A stretch of DNA of 64,000 bases from an uncultured Christensenellaceae bacterium (GTDB lineage: Bacteria; Bacillota; Clostridia; Christensenellales; Borkfalkiaceae). Numbering within the stretch: position 1 is the first letter of the stretch; every line of letters starts with the position of its first letter. The position numbers and the translations under genes are program-made. Positions 50,338 through 57,969 of the stretch are shown here, in pieces. The DNA lies in assembly GCA_910589015.1 (NCBI GenBank), contig CAJUSA010000002.1:120928-184927 (forward strand), written 5' to 3'. The notes under the pieces were generated by a model, which worked only from the letters and a program-made list of their open reading frames with translations, ran no database searches and was not told where the DNA came from.

Positions 50338-50553
50338 ATGAATTGCTTCTTACAAGGCAACAGCTGTCTCTGGATACTCATTATCCTGCTCATTCTCGGA
50401 TCGTGCTCGAACGTGTTTAACTCGAGCGTATTTACGGGTTGCGGGTGGCCCATCGTCGCGGCTTTGGCGTACTGCATGTGCAAAAACGGCACGCTTGGCG
50501 CCATCTTCGGAAAAGATCGCGGCTGCGGCTGCGGTTGCGGCTGCAACGGCTGA
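50338..50553 (+). CDS. Small hydrophobic cysteine-rich protein with a C-terminal (Gly-Cys)4 repeat
   Basis: 71 aa with 10 Cys, ending in GCGCGCGCNG. Strong SD AAGGAGGA 7 nt upstream and a strong terminator immediately downstream. Confidence 0.6.
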   Translation: MNCFLQGNSCLWILIILLILGSCSNVFNSSVFTGCGWPIVAALAYCMCKNGTLGAIFGKDRGCGCGCGCNG

Positions 50554-50571
50554 TCGCAAGCCGATTTTCCG

Positions 50572-50612
50572 AAAAAACCCCTGTCTGATTTCAGACAGGG
50601 GTTCTTCTTTTT
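50572..50612. terminator. Bidirectional intrinsic terminator
   Basis: 11-bp stem CCCCTGTCTGA / TCAGACAGGGG flanked by an A-run and a T-run. Confidence 0.8.
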
Positions 50613-51141
50613 AACGTTGCGTCAGCGCGTAGCGGTACATCGCGACGATGGTTTTCGCGTCGCGTATTTTATCTTGTTCGATCCTTTTCATCGCCTCTTC
50701 GACGGGAAGAAAAACAACGTTGAGAAATTCCCCTTCGTCGAGGTGTGCCGCGCCCTGCGTAACGCCTCGGGCAAAATAGATATAAATTTTTTCGTTATCG
50801 TAACCGGGGGTGGGATACAGAACGTGCCATAATTCCAACTTTTCGGCGCAAAGACCCGTTTCTTCGGAAAGTTCGCGGCTTGCACAGTCTTCGGGGCGTT
50901 CCCCCTCGTTGATCTTCCCCGCGGGAATTTCGAGAAGTTCTTCGCCGTAAGCATAACGGAACTGCCTGACGAGCGCGACGTTGCCGTCTTTGACGCACAA
51001 TACGCACGCACCGCCAGAATGCTCGACCACTTCGCGTTTGCAGGCTTTTCCGTCCGGCAGTACGGCGTCGTCGCAACGCAGAGAAACGATTTTTCCGCGG
51101 TAAAGATAATTTTTCTTTACGGTTTTTTCGGTTAAATCCAT
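50611..51141 (-). CDS. NUDIX hydrolase (ADP-ribose pyrophosphatase-like)
   Basis: Nudix box GKINEGERPEDCASRELSEETG. Confidence 0.85.
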   Translation of the reverse strand: MDLTEKTVKKNYLYRGKIVSLRCDDAVLPDGKACKREVVEHSGGACVLCVKDGNVALVRQFRYAYGEELLEIPAGKINEGERPEDCASRELSEETGLCAEKLELWHVLYPTPGYDNEKIYIYFARGVTQGAAHLDEGEFLNVVFLPVEEAMKRIEQDKIRDAKTIVAMYRYALTQR

Positions 51142-51162
51142 AAAACTGCCCTACCTTTTATT

Positions 51163-51176
51163 ATGATAATTATCAT
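51163..51176. promoter_or_regulatory. Perfect 14-nt palindrome in a divergent promoter region (candidate operator)
   Basis: ATGATAATTATCAT, lying 22 nt upstream of the NUDIX ATG. Confidence 0.35.
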
Positions 51177-51222
51177 TATAGCACAAAAAGTAAAAAATGT
51201 TGAATAAATTTCGGGAAATATC

Positions 51223-51251
51223 TTGATTTTCTTCGCGTTTTTGAGTATAAT
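51223..51251 (+). promoter_or_regulatory. Promoter of the HPr-like gene
   Basis: TTGATT (51223-51228), 17-nt spacer, TATAAT (51246-51251). Confidence 0.55.
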
Positions 51252-51283
51252 GTTGGCAACTATGATTTAGGAGGTATCCTTAC

Positions 51284-51511
51284 ATGAAATCACTTACTAT
51301 CTCGCTCGAAGTAGCGCAAAGAGTCAAAGAGTTCGTCGCGATCACCCAGAATTGCGAATGCGAAATTCTGCTTAAAAGCGGAAAATACGTCGTTGACGCG
51401 AAGTCCATTCTCGGTATTTTCAGCCTTGATTTGTCTAAACCCCTTACGGTTGAAATTTACAGCGACGACTGCGCCGACCTGCTTACCAAACTGAAAAAAT
51501 TCTCGGCGTAA
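51284..51511 (+). CDS. HPr-family-like small protein lacking the phospho-histidine region
   Basis: GKYVVDAKSILGIFSLDLSKPLTVEIYSDD aligns with the HPr Ser46 region. There is no GIHARPA-type His15 motif. 75 aa. Confidence 0.65.
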   Translation: MKSLTISLEVAQRVKEFVAITQNCECEILLKSGKYVVDAKSILGIFSLDLSKPLTVEIYSDDCADLLTKLKKFSA

Positions 51512-51600
51512 CAAACTTCGGCACCTACGCGACAAGCCGCTTCGAGTGATTCAAGCGGCTTATTCGTTTCTCTTGCGAACGACAAATTCAAGGGGACTTT

Positions 51601-52125
51601 ATGCAAGTTAAAGGCGAAACCTCGGTAAACAAGTTAATCATGCTGTTCGTCTTTGACAAAATGGAGAGCGCCATTTCCGAACGAATTCTGGTCGACATCT
51701 GCTCTTCATCGAACGAATGGCTGAACTATATGGATTGCGTCGGGCTGATTCCGACGCTTATTTCCGACGGATTTATCTGCGAGATCAGCACAAGCGAAGA
51801 CCCCCTTTACACCATCACGCCCGAAGGAAGAGAAACGCTCGCCAACTTCTATATCAATATTCCGCGCAGCCAGCGCGAAGATATTTCGAAATTCATCAAG
51901 AAAAACAGCTCGCGTTTCCGCATCAAACAGGATTGCAAATCCGATTATTATCAGAATAAAGACGGAACGTATACCGTCTTTCTGAAAATACTCGCACCCG
52001 TTCAGCCGATGTTAGAGCTGAAATTCGTGGTTCCGGATAAAAAAACCGCAAACGTTATCTATAAAAAATGGGAAGATAAGGCTCTCGAACTCTATTCCGT
52101 TGTTTATGAAACGCTCGCAGATTAA
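51601..52125 (+). CDS. DUF4364-family protein
   Basis: 174 aa. The N-terminal region (LIMLFVFDKMESAISERILVDIC) resembles DUF4364 as I recall it. Not verified. Confidence 0.6.
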   Translation: MQVKGETSVNKLIMLFVFDKMESAISERILVDICSSSNEWLNYMDCVGLIPTLISDGFICEISTSEDPLYTITPEGRETLANFYINIPRSQREDISKFIKKNSSRFRIKQDCKSDYYQNKDGTYTVFLKILAPVQPMLELKFVVPDKKTANVIYKKWEDKALELYSVVYETLAD

Positions 52126-52137
52126 AGAGGATATATT

Positions 52138-52386
52138 ATGATTACCTATTCGACAAACGGCACTTGCAGCAAACAGATCATCTTCGATCTGGATGCGGAA
52201 AACAAAATTCGCAACGTAAAATTCATCGGCGGATGCAGCGGCAATTTGCAGGGCATCAGCCGCCTCGTCGAGGGCAAGACGCCCGAAGAGGTCGTTCCCC
52301 TTCTCAAAGGCATTCGGTGCCGCATGAACACATCATGCCCCGACCAGCTTGCAAAAGCGTTGGAACCCTACCTCAAAAATCAATAA
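52138..52386 (+). CDS. TSCPD-domain protein (TIGR03905-like)
   Basis: CSKQIIFDLD...IGGCSGNLQGISRL...NTSCPDQLAKAL. Confidence 0.8.
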   Translation: MITYSTNGTCSKQIIFDLDAENKIRNVKFIGGCSGNLQGISRLVEGKTPEEVVPLLKGIRCRMNTSCPDQLAKALEPYLKNQ

Positions 52387-52446
52387 CGCCGTCAAAGTTC
52401 TCATAGAGAATGATTCTAAAAACACGAAAACGGATTTTAAGTAACT

Positions 52447-52486
52447 GAAAAATCCCCCGAATAATTGATTCGAGGGATTTTTCGTT
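52447..52486. terminator. Bidirectional terminator
   Basis: Stem AATCCC-CGAAT / ATTCG-GGGATT flanked by an A-run and a T-run. Confidence 0.65.
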
Positions 52487-52516
52487 TTTAGCAAATTCCT
52501 TACGGGAAGCGCGTTT

Positions 52517-53710
52517 TTAACACACTCTGTAACTTGCCGCAAGCCCGCCTTCGCTCGTTTCGCGATAGCGTTCGTTGATATCCTTGCCCGTTTTATACAT
52601 CGTTTCCACGATGAGATCGAAGGAAATTTTGCGTGTTCCGCATAAGATTTTTGCAATCGCCGCACTGTCGAGCGCGCGCAGAGCAGCGACGGCGTTGCGT
52701 TCGATGCAAGGAATCTGCACATAGCCGTGGACGGGATCGCAGGTCAGCCCGAGCTGATGCTCGAGGGCGATTTCGGCGGCGTATTCGATTTCTTCGGACG
52801 ACGCGCCGAAGAGCGCGCTGACCGCCGCGGCAGCCATCGCGGTAGCCGAGCCGATTTCCGCCTGACAGCCCGCTTCCGCGCCGCTCACCGAGGCATTGGT
52901 TTTGATGACGTTCCCCACCATGCCCGCCACCGCGAGCGCGTCGATAATCTGCTCTTCCGAAAATCCTTCGCGTTCGGAAAGATAATACAACACTGCGGGC
53001 AACACGCCGCACGCGCCGCACGTCGGCGCCGTGACGACCGTTCCGCCGCAGGCGTTTTCTTCTGCCGAGGCAAACGCATACGAGGCGATCAGTCTTTTTT
53101 CCCGCTCTTCGGGTTGTTCGCGTTCCACGGGTGCGAACAGTTTTTTGGCTTTACGCATCACCTGCAAATCGCCCGGCAACACGCCTTCGCCGTTCAGCCC
53201 GCGCCCGATCGCCTGCCGCATGGTATGCCAAACCGCGCGCAATTCCCCGCGCATATCCTCGCCCTCGAACTCGTAAACCGCCCGACAAAGCGGTATGCCC
53301 TTTCCGTCGCAATACGCCCGCCACTCGGCAAAATTCGCAAACGGATAGACCTCTTGTTCCTTCTCTTCCTCGCCGTCTACGGCGAGATTGCCGCCCCCGA
53401 CCGATATATAACGCAAAAAGCCGCACTCTTTATCCCCTTCGAGCGCATAAAAATCCATGGTGTTGGGGTGGTTTTGGCGCGTTTTTTTATCGAACACGAT
53501 CTGCGTACGCCCTTCGCCGAGCACGGAACAGATCGCCGCATCGGTCAAATGCCCCTTCCCCGTCAAGGCGAGCGAGCCGTACAGCACGATGCGGAACTTG
53601 TCCGCCTGCGGATAACGCCTTAAAAAATCGGCGGCGGCGCGCTCGGGCCCGATCGAATGGGAACTCGAAGGTCCTCTTCCCGTGCGGTATACATTCAGCA
53701 AAGATTTCAA
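52517..53710 (-). CDS. sdaA: L-serine ammonia-lyase, iron-sulfur-dependent, single chain
   Basis: GRGPSSSHSIGP and YGSLALTGKGHLTDAAI match the L-serine dehydratase N-terminus. TTG start with an AGGAGA SD. Confidence 0.85.
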   Translation of the reverse strand: MKSLLNVYRTGRGPSSSHSIGPERAAADFLRRYPQADKFRIVLYGSLALTGKGHLTDAAICSVLGEGRTQIVFDKKTRQNHPNTMDFYALEGDKECGFLRYISVGGGNLAVDGEEEKEQEVYPFANFAEWRAYCDGKGIPLCRAVYEFEGEDMRGELRAVWHTMRQAIGRGLNGEGVLPGDLQVMRKAKKLFAPVEREQPEEREKRLIASYAFASAEENACGGTVVTAPTCGACGVLPAVLYYLSEREGFSEEQIIDALAVAGMVGNVIKTNASVSGAEAGCQAEIGSATAMAAAAVSALFGASSEEIEYAAEIALEHQLGLTCDPVHGYVQIPCIERNAVAALRALDSAAIAKILCGTRKISFDLIVETMYKTGKDINERYRETSEGGLAASYRVC

Positions 53711-53761
53711 AATCTCTTTCTCCTACGATATTTTTCGGAAATTACGCATACTGCAAGCGGT

Positions 53762-54061
53762 ATGGTATTTCTCTACGTTCTGCTTACGGTATATATTCTT
53801 GCGATCAACTTCTATTCCTTCCGTCTGCTCAAATCGCAGCAGGAAGCATGGGACGGCGGCGAAAAGATCGGAAAAAACGACGGCAAACTCATTCTCGCCG
53901 CCCTGCTCGGCGGCGCGGCGGCGATTTATGTGACCATGTTTATTCTGCGTTTCCGCCTGAGCAATCTGTTGTTTATGATTTTGATGCCGCTTATTGCCGT
54001 CGTTAATTTTTACTGTTTCTTTTTGGGATTCCGCGGAATTTATTATTTTGCGGTTATTTGA
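53762..54061 (+). CDS. DUF1294-domain membrane protein
   Basis: 99 aa with three TM helices and a central DGKLILAALLGGAAA motif. ATG at 53762. Confidence 0.65.
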   Translation: MVFLYVLLTVYILAINFYSFRLLKSQQEAWDGGEKIGKNDGKLILAALLGGAAAIYVTMFILRFRLSNLLFMILMPLIAVVNFYCFFLGFRGIYYFAVI

Positions 54062-54881
54062 ATCGTTCGGCAAGGAATTTCGCGACGCCGTCTTCCTCGC
54101 AATAACCGATAACACCCGTCGCCTTTTCTTTTAACCAACCGTCGGCATTCATCACGGCGTATTTCTCATCACACACGTCGAACATATCCGAATCGTTGGA
54201 AGTATCGCCAAAGCAGACGACTTTATCGCACGCAAGGCGGTTGCGTAAAAAGGAAACGGCGTTTGCCTTGGTTGCTTCGCGCGGGGAAATTTCCATCCAG
54301 AAATCGTTCTGATAGGTTTCCTGATGAAAGATACAGATAAAACGCGTATCGAGTTTGAGGTCGTTCCACGCCCGTTCGAGCTGTTCGCGCGGACCGATAC
54401 ACTTAAAATAAAATACGTTGCCTTCGAGCAGTTCGCCCTCGTTTGCCGCTTGGCACAGACGCGCGTCGCTGCGGCGGCGGTCGAGATAGCGTTTCATGCC
54501 GTAACTTTCGCGCCCGTCTATCCAGCGAAGGGTTTCCCGCTCGTTTGTCGCGCCGAACACAAAGGGCACGATGCCGTATTCTTCCAACACCGTTAAGATA
54601 TATCCCTTTTCTTCGGGCGTAAAGAGCACGGCGCGCAACACTTCGCGCGTAGAAAGATTATAGACCAATCCGCCGTTATATAAAATGACCGGCGTGCGGA
54701 TACCGAGCGCAGAGGTCGCGCTCTTCGCACTGACAACCGAACGCGCCGTGGCAAAGGTAAAGAGCAGCCCCCTTTCCATCAGATCGTTGAGTAGCTGCGC
54801 GCTGTAAGGCGATACCGTTTCGTATTTTGTGAGCAGCGTGCCGTCGAGGTCGCTGACGTAAAGTGTTTTTTGCGTTTCCAT
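54054..54881 (-). CDS. Cof-type HAD-IIB hydrolase
   Basis: LYVSDLDGTLL (HAD motif I) and GDTSNDSDMF (motif IV). No SD upstream of the ATG. Confidence 0.85.
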   Translation of the reverse strand: METQKTLYVSDLDGTLLTKYETVSPYSAQLLNDLMERGLLFTFATARSVVSAKSATSALGIRTPVILYNGGLVYNLSTREVLRAVLFTPEEKGYILTVLEEYGIVPFVFGATNERETLRWIDGRESYGMKRYLDRRRSDARLCQAANEGELLEGNVFYFKCIGPREQLERAWNDLKLDTRFICIFHQETYQNDFWMEISPREATKANAVSFLRNRLACDKVVCFGDTSNDSDMFDVCDEKYAVMNADGWLKEKATGVIGYCEEDGVAKFLAERFK

Positions 54882-55074
54882 AATAATATACTATTCTGAG
54901 AGTTTGAAATACCGCACTTTTCCGTAGCTTATTATATCATAGTCCGTCGGGAAAGAATACGAAATTTCGCTATTATTTTGCAAAAAATAAGTGAAATGTA
55001 ATTGATTCACAAATAAAGAGAAAACCGCGCGGTTCAAAGTCTGAAAAATTTCGAAAAAAATTTGTTACTTTTGT

Positions 55075-55104
55075 TTGACAATCCCTTTGCCGCTCTGTTA
55101 TAAT
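55075..55104 (+). promoter_or_regulatory. Sigma-A promoter driving the leader of the Na/Pi cotransporter gene
   Basis: TTGACA (55075-55080), 18-nt spacer, TATAAT (55099-55104). Confidence 0.6.
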
Positions 55105-55110
55105 GAGTAT

Positions 55111-55196
55111 GAAATCAGAAACGGAGGGCGTTTCATTGATCGTTCGACGACCGCTTTTATGGTTGCCAAAACGCAAGGCAAACGAATATAACGCAA
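55111..55196 (+). ncRNA. Unclassified structured leader (candidate riboswitch, attenuator or small RNA)
   Basis: Hairpins ATCA-GAAACG-gaggg-CGTTTC-TGAT (55117-55139) and GTTGCC-loop-GGCAAAC (55162-55183). AAACG words recur at ~10-nt spacing (55169-55195). No CDS lies between the promoter and the terminator. Confidence 0.45.
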
Positions 55197-55241
55197 AGAC
55201 TTTTACCGAACCGCGCGTTCGGTAAGGGTCTTTCTTTTTTT
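55197..55241 (+). terminator. Strong intrinsic terminator inside the 5' leader of the Na/Pi cotransporter gene
   Basis: AGACUUUUACCGAAC-CGCGC-GUUCGGUAAGGGUCU followed by UUCUUUUUUU. It ends 44 nt before the ATG. Confidence 0.75.
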
Positions 55242-55284
55242 CTCGCAGATATCCCTTCCAAACGGAATAAAAAAGGAGTTATTT

Positions 55285-56973
55285 ATGGACGCAGTACAAA
55301 TCGCCACATCGGTGCTCTCTCTGGCGGCGGGCGTAGGCATCTTCCTCATCGCTTGCACGATGATGAGCTCGAACCTCGAATCGCTGGGCAGTAAACGCCT
55401 GAAAAGGCTGTTTGCGAAAACCTCGAAAAGCAAACTCGCGGGAGTCGGCGTAGGCGCCGTCACCACGGCGGCAATACAGAGTTCGAGCGCGACGACGGTC
55501 ATGGTAATCGGTTTCGTCAACGCGGGCATCATGACCTTAGCGCAGGCGGCTACCGTCATATTCGGCGCCAACATCGGCACGACGATCACAGGTCAACTCG
55601 TGGCAATCGGCCTGTTCGGCGAGAACAGCGTTTCCACTTCGGTAATCTTTTCCGCCTTGGCGGGCATCGGCGCGTTTATCCTTGCGTTTGCGAAAAAGGA
55701 TATGACGCGCAAAATAGGCGGTATTTTGGCAGGCTTCGGCATGCTCTTCGTGGGACTTTCGATGATGAGCGACGCAATGGGAGATTTTGCGGAGCTGGAA
55801 GCAATGAAAAACTTCCTTGCCTTCTTCAAAAACCACTTCCTTCTCGTCTTAATCGGCGCGCTCTTTACCGCGCTCGTGCAAAGCTCTTCGGTAACGACTT
55901 CCATGGCGATCACGATGGTCGTATCGGGATTGATCACGCTCGACCAAGGCATCTATCTTACCATGGGTTCCAACGTCGGAACGTGCGTCACCGCTTTGAT
56001 CGCAGGACTGACAAGCACCAAAAACGCGCAGCGCACCGCCTTGATCCACCTTATTTTCAACGTGAGCGGCGTCGCCGTGTTTATGCTTATCGGCATGTTT
56101 CTCGGCTTCGGGAAGATCGATTACGGTTTCCTCTTCTCGCATATGTTCCCGAACGCTCCGCAGATGCAACTTTCTATGTTCCATACCTTTTTCAACGTGA
56201 TCACGGTTGCCATCGTGCTGCCGCTTACGGGTCTGCTCGTCAAACTCGTTATCAAAATCGTACCCGACAAAAAAACCGCACCTGCCGCAGACGAACCGCA
56301 CTTCCGGTTTGTGGAACAGCACATGCTTACTACGCCGCCCATCGCCGTGCAACAGATCAAACGCGAAATTCTTTCCATGGCGGATACTGCAACGGAAAAT
56401 TTCCGCCTCTCGTGCGATATTGCCTGTACACTCGATTACGGCAAGGTGGAAACCTTCCGTGCCAACGAAAAGCAACTCGATTTTATCAATAAGGAACTGT
56501 CGCGCTTTATTGCGGAATTGCTACAAGCCGATCTCAACGAAAAAGACCGCCTGTATCTGACGACGGCGTTCCGCACGCTGACCGATCTCGAACGCGTGGG
56601 CGATTATGCCGAAAACATCATCGAATACGCCGATAAGTTAAAAGAGGCGAACGAAACCTTCTCGGATGACGCAAAACGGGAAATTACCCTCTTACAAGAG
56701 ACGATTTGCTCGCTCGCGGATAAAGTGATCACGGCTTACCGCGACCATGATTTCAACGCACTGCGGGAAGCCTATGAGATCGAAGACGGCGTCGACGGCA
56801 TGACGGCGGACATGGCGCAACGGCATATCAAGCGCCTTTCCGAAGGTCTGTGCACGCCCGACGTCGGCACGCAATATCTTTCCCTTTCCACCAACGCCGA
56901 GCGCGTTGCCGACCACTACATCAACGTAGGGAAGACGATCAAATCATACGCGCGCCGCAGTCGGCAGAAGTGA
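55285..56973 (+). CDS. Na/Pi cotransporter family protein with a C-terminal PhoU-like domain
   Basis: 562 aa with duplicated QSSSATT/QSSSVTT transporter repeats and a helical PhoU-like C-terminal half. Confidence 0.88.
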   Translation: MDAVQIATSVLSLAAGVGIFLIACTMMSSNLESLGSKRLKRLFAKTSKSKLAGVGVGAVTTAAIQSSSATTVMVIGFVNAGIMTLAQAATVIFGANIGTTITGQLVAIGLFGENSVSTSVIFSALAGIGAFILAFAKKDMTRKIGGILAGFGMLFVGLSMMSDAMGDFAELEAMKNFLAFFKNHFLLVLIGALFTALVQSSSVTTSMAITMVVSGLITLDQGIYLTMGSNVGTCVTALIAGLTSTKNAQRTALIHLIFNVSGVAVFMLIGMFLGFGKIDYGFLFSHMFPNAPQMQLSMFHTFFNVITVAIVLPLTGLLVKLVIKIVPDKKTAPAADEPHFRFVEQHMLTTPPIAVQQIKREILSMADTATENFRLSCDIACTLDYGKVETFRANEKQLDFINKELSRFIAELLQADLNEKDRLYLTTAFRTLTDLERVGDYAENIIEYADKLKEANETFSDDAKREITLLQETICSLADKVITAYRDHDFNALREAYEIEDGVDGMTADMAQRHIKRLSEGLCTPDVGTQYLSLSTNAERVADHYINVGKTIKSYARRSRQK

Positions 56974-57005
56974 AAAAAGAAACCGAATTTTCGGTTTCTT
57001 TTTTG
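56974..57005. terminator. Bidirectional terminator between the Na/Pi transporter gene and rbsK
   Basis: Stem AGAAACCGA / TCGGTTTCT flanked by an A-run and a T-run. Confidence 0.75.
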
Positions 57006-57007
57006 CT

Positions 57008-57877
57008 CTATTTCCAAGTTTCCACTTCGATTCGGGTAGGAATCGCAACTGCCGCACCTTTGCGCGTGCAGGCAATGCTTGCCGCTTTCGAACCGAACGC
57101 CATCGCTTCTTTAAGCGATTTCCCTTCCGCAAGCATGGCGCACATGCCCCCGCAGAACGTATCCCCCGCGCCCGTCGTATCGACTGCTTTCACCGCAATA
57201 CACGGATATTTCTTTGCGCTCGTTCGGTCGGCATATTCATAACCCTTACTGCCGAGCGTCGTGATGATCGTGCCGATTCCGCTTTGAAAGAGCTTTTCTT
57301 TTCCGCCGAACAGTTCCAGTTCGCTCTCGTTGGGTGTTATCAGATCGACGTAAGCAAAATAATCGGCAATTTCGGAATGAGCGGGCGCAGGATTGAGCAC
57401 GGTTATCAAACCCTTTTCTTTCGCGCGTTTCAAACCGTATCCCACGACGGCAACGGGGTTTTCAAGTTGCGTCAAATAAATGTCGCCCTCTTCCGCTTCG
57501 GTTAACACGGCGTCGATATCCGACTCACGTAAAAAAGCGTTCGCGCCTTTATCGAGTACGATTCTGTTTTCGCCGTTCGTGACGATTATGACCGCCGTAC
57601 CCGTCGGAACGCCGTCCGCTTTACGGACGTAGCGCGTATCCGCGCCCGATTTTACAAGATTCCCGATGAGATTATCGCCGAACATATCGTTCCCGACACA
57701 GCCGCACATAAGCACCTTCCCGCCGAGTTTTGCCGCGGCGACTGCCTGATTGGCGCCTTTTCCGCCGCAATTCACCATAAACTCGCTGCCCGTGAGCGTT
57801 TCGCCGCCCTTCGGGCAATACGGTGCATGAATGACCATATCGGTATTCAGACTGCCCGTTACTATTATCTTTTTCAT
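57008..57877 (-). CDS. rbsK: Ribokinase
   Basis: PfkB signatures GGKGANQAV and TTGAGDTFCGG. 289 aa. Confidence 0.9.
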   Translation of the reverse strand: MKKIIVTGSLNTDMVIHAPYCPKGGETLTGSEFMVNCGGKGANQAVAAAKLGGKVLMCGCVGNDMFGDNLIGNLVKSGADTRYVRKADGVPTGTAVIIVTNGENRIVLDKGANAFLRESDIDAVLTEAEEGDIYLTQLENPVAVVGYGLKRAKEKGLITVLNPAPAHSEIADYFAYVDLITPNESELELFGGKEKLFQSGIGTIITTLGSKGYEYADRTSAKKYPCIAVKAVDTTGAGDTFCGGMCAMLAEGKSLKEAMAFGSKAASIACTRKGAAVAIPTRIEVETWK

Positions 57878-57933
57878 CTTATCACCTTATTTTTAAGAAT
57901 ATGCTTCCCCGCGAATGGAGAAGCACATTCTTT

Positions 57934-57962
57934 ATTATACGCCTTCTTTTTCGGATTTGCAA
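57934..57962 (-). promoter_or_regulatory. rbsK promoter
   Basis: Minus-sense TTGCAA (57957-57962), 17-nt spacer, TATAAT (57934-57939). A 5'-UTR hairpin GAAUGUGCUUC...GAAGCAUAUUC follows. Confidence 0.5.
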
Positions 57963-57969
57963 GCAAAAA

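Noticed and set aside
55169-55198. Assigning the Na/Pi leader to the c-di-GMP-I (GEMM-I) riboswitch class because of ACGCAAGGCAAAC and ACGCAAAG.
   Set aside because: Only 7 nt separate the two islands, so the tetraloop hairpin required between them is missing and the second stem is not evident. The class is left open and reported only as a lead.
55207-55221. CGAAC-CGCGC-GTTCG read as a LexA (Cheo) box.
   Set aside because: The spacing is GAAC-N5-GTTC rather than N4, and the sequence is fully explained as the core of the terminator stem.
55108-55224. 38-codon ORF (MKSETEGVSLIVRRPLLWLPKRKANEYNAKTFTEPRVR) in the Na/Pi leader, considered as a leader peptide.
   Set aside because: It has no SD, starts within about 4 nt of the -10 box and runs into the terminator stem. 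Its composition is unremarkable, so a structured RNA explanation is preferred.
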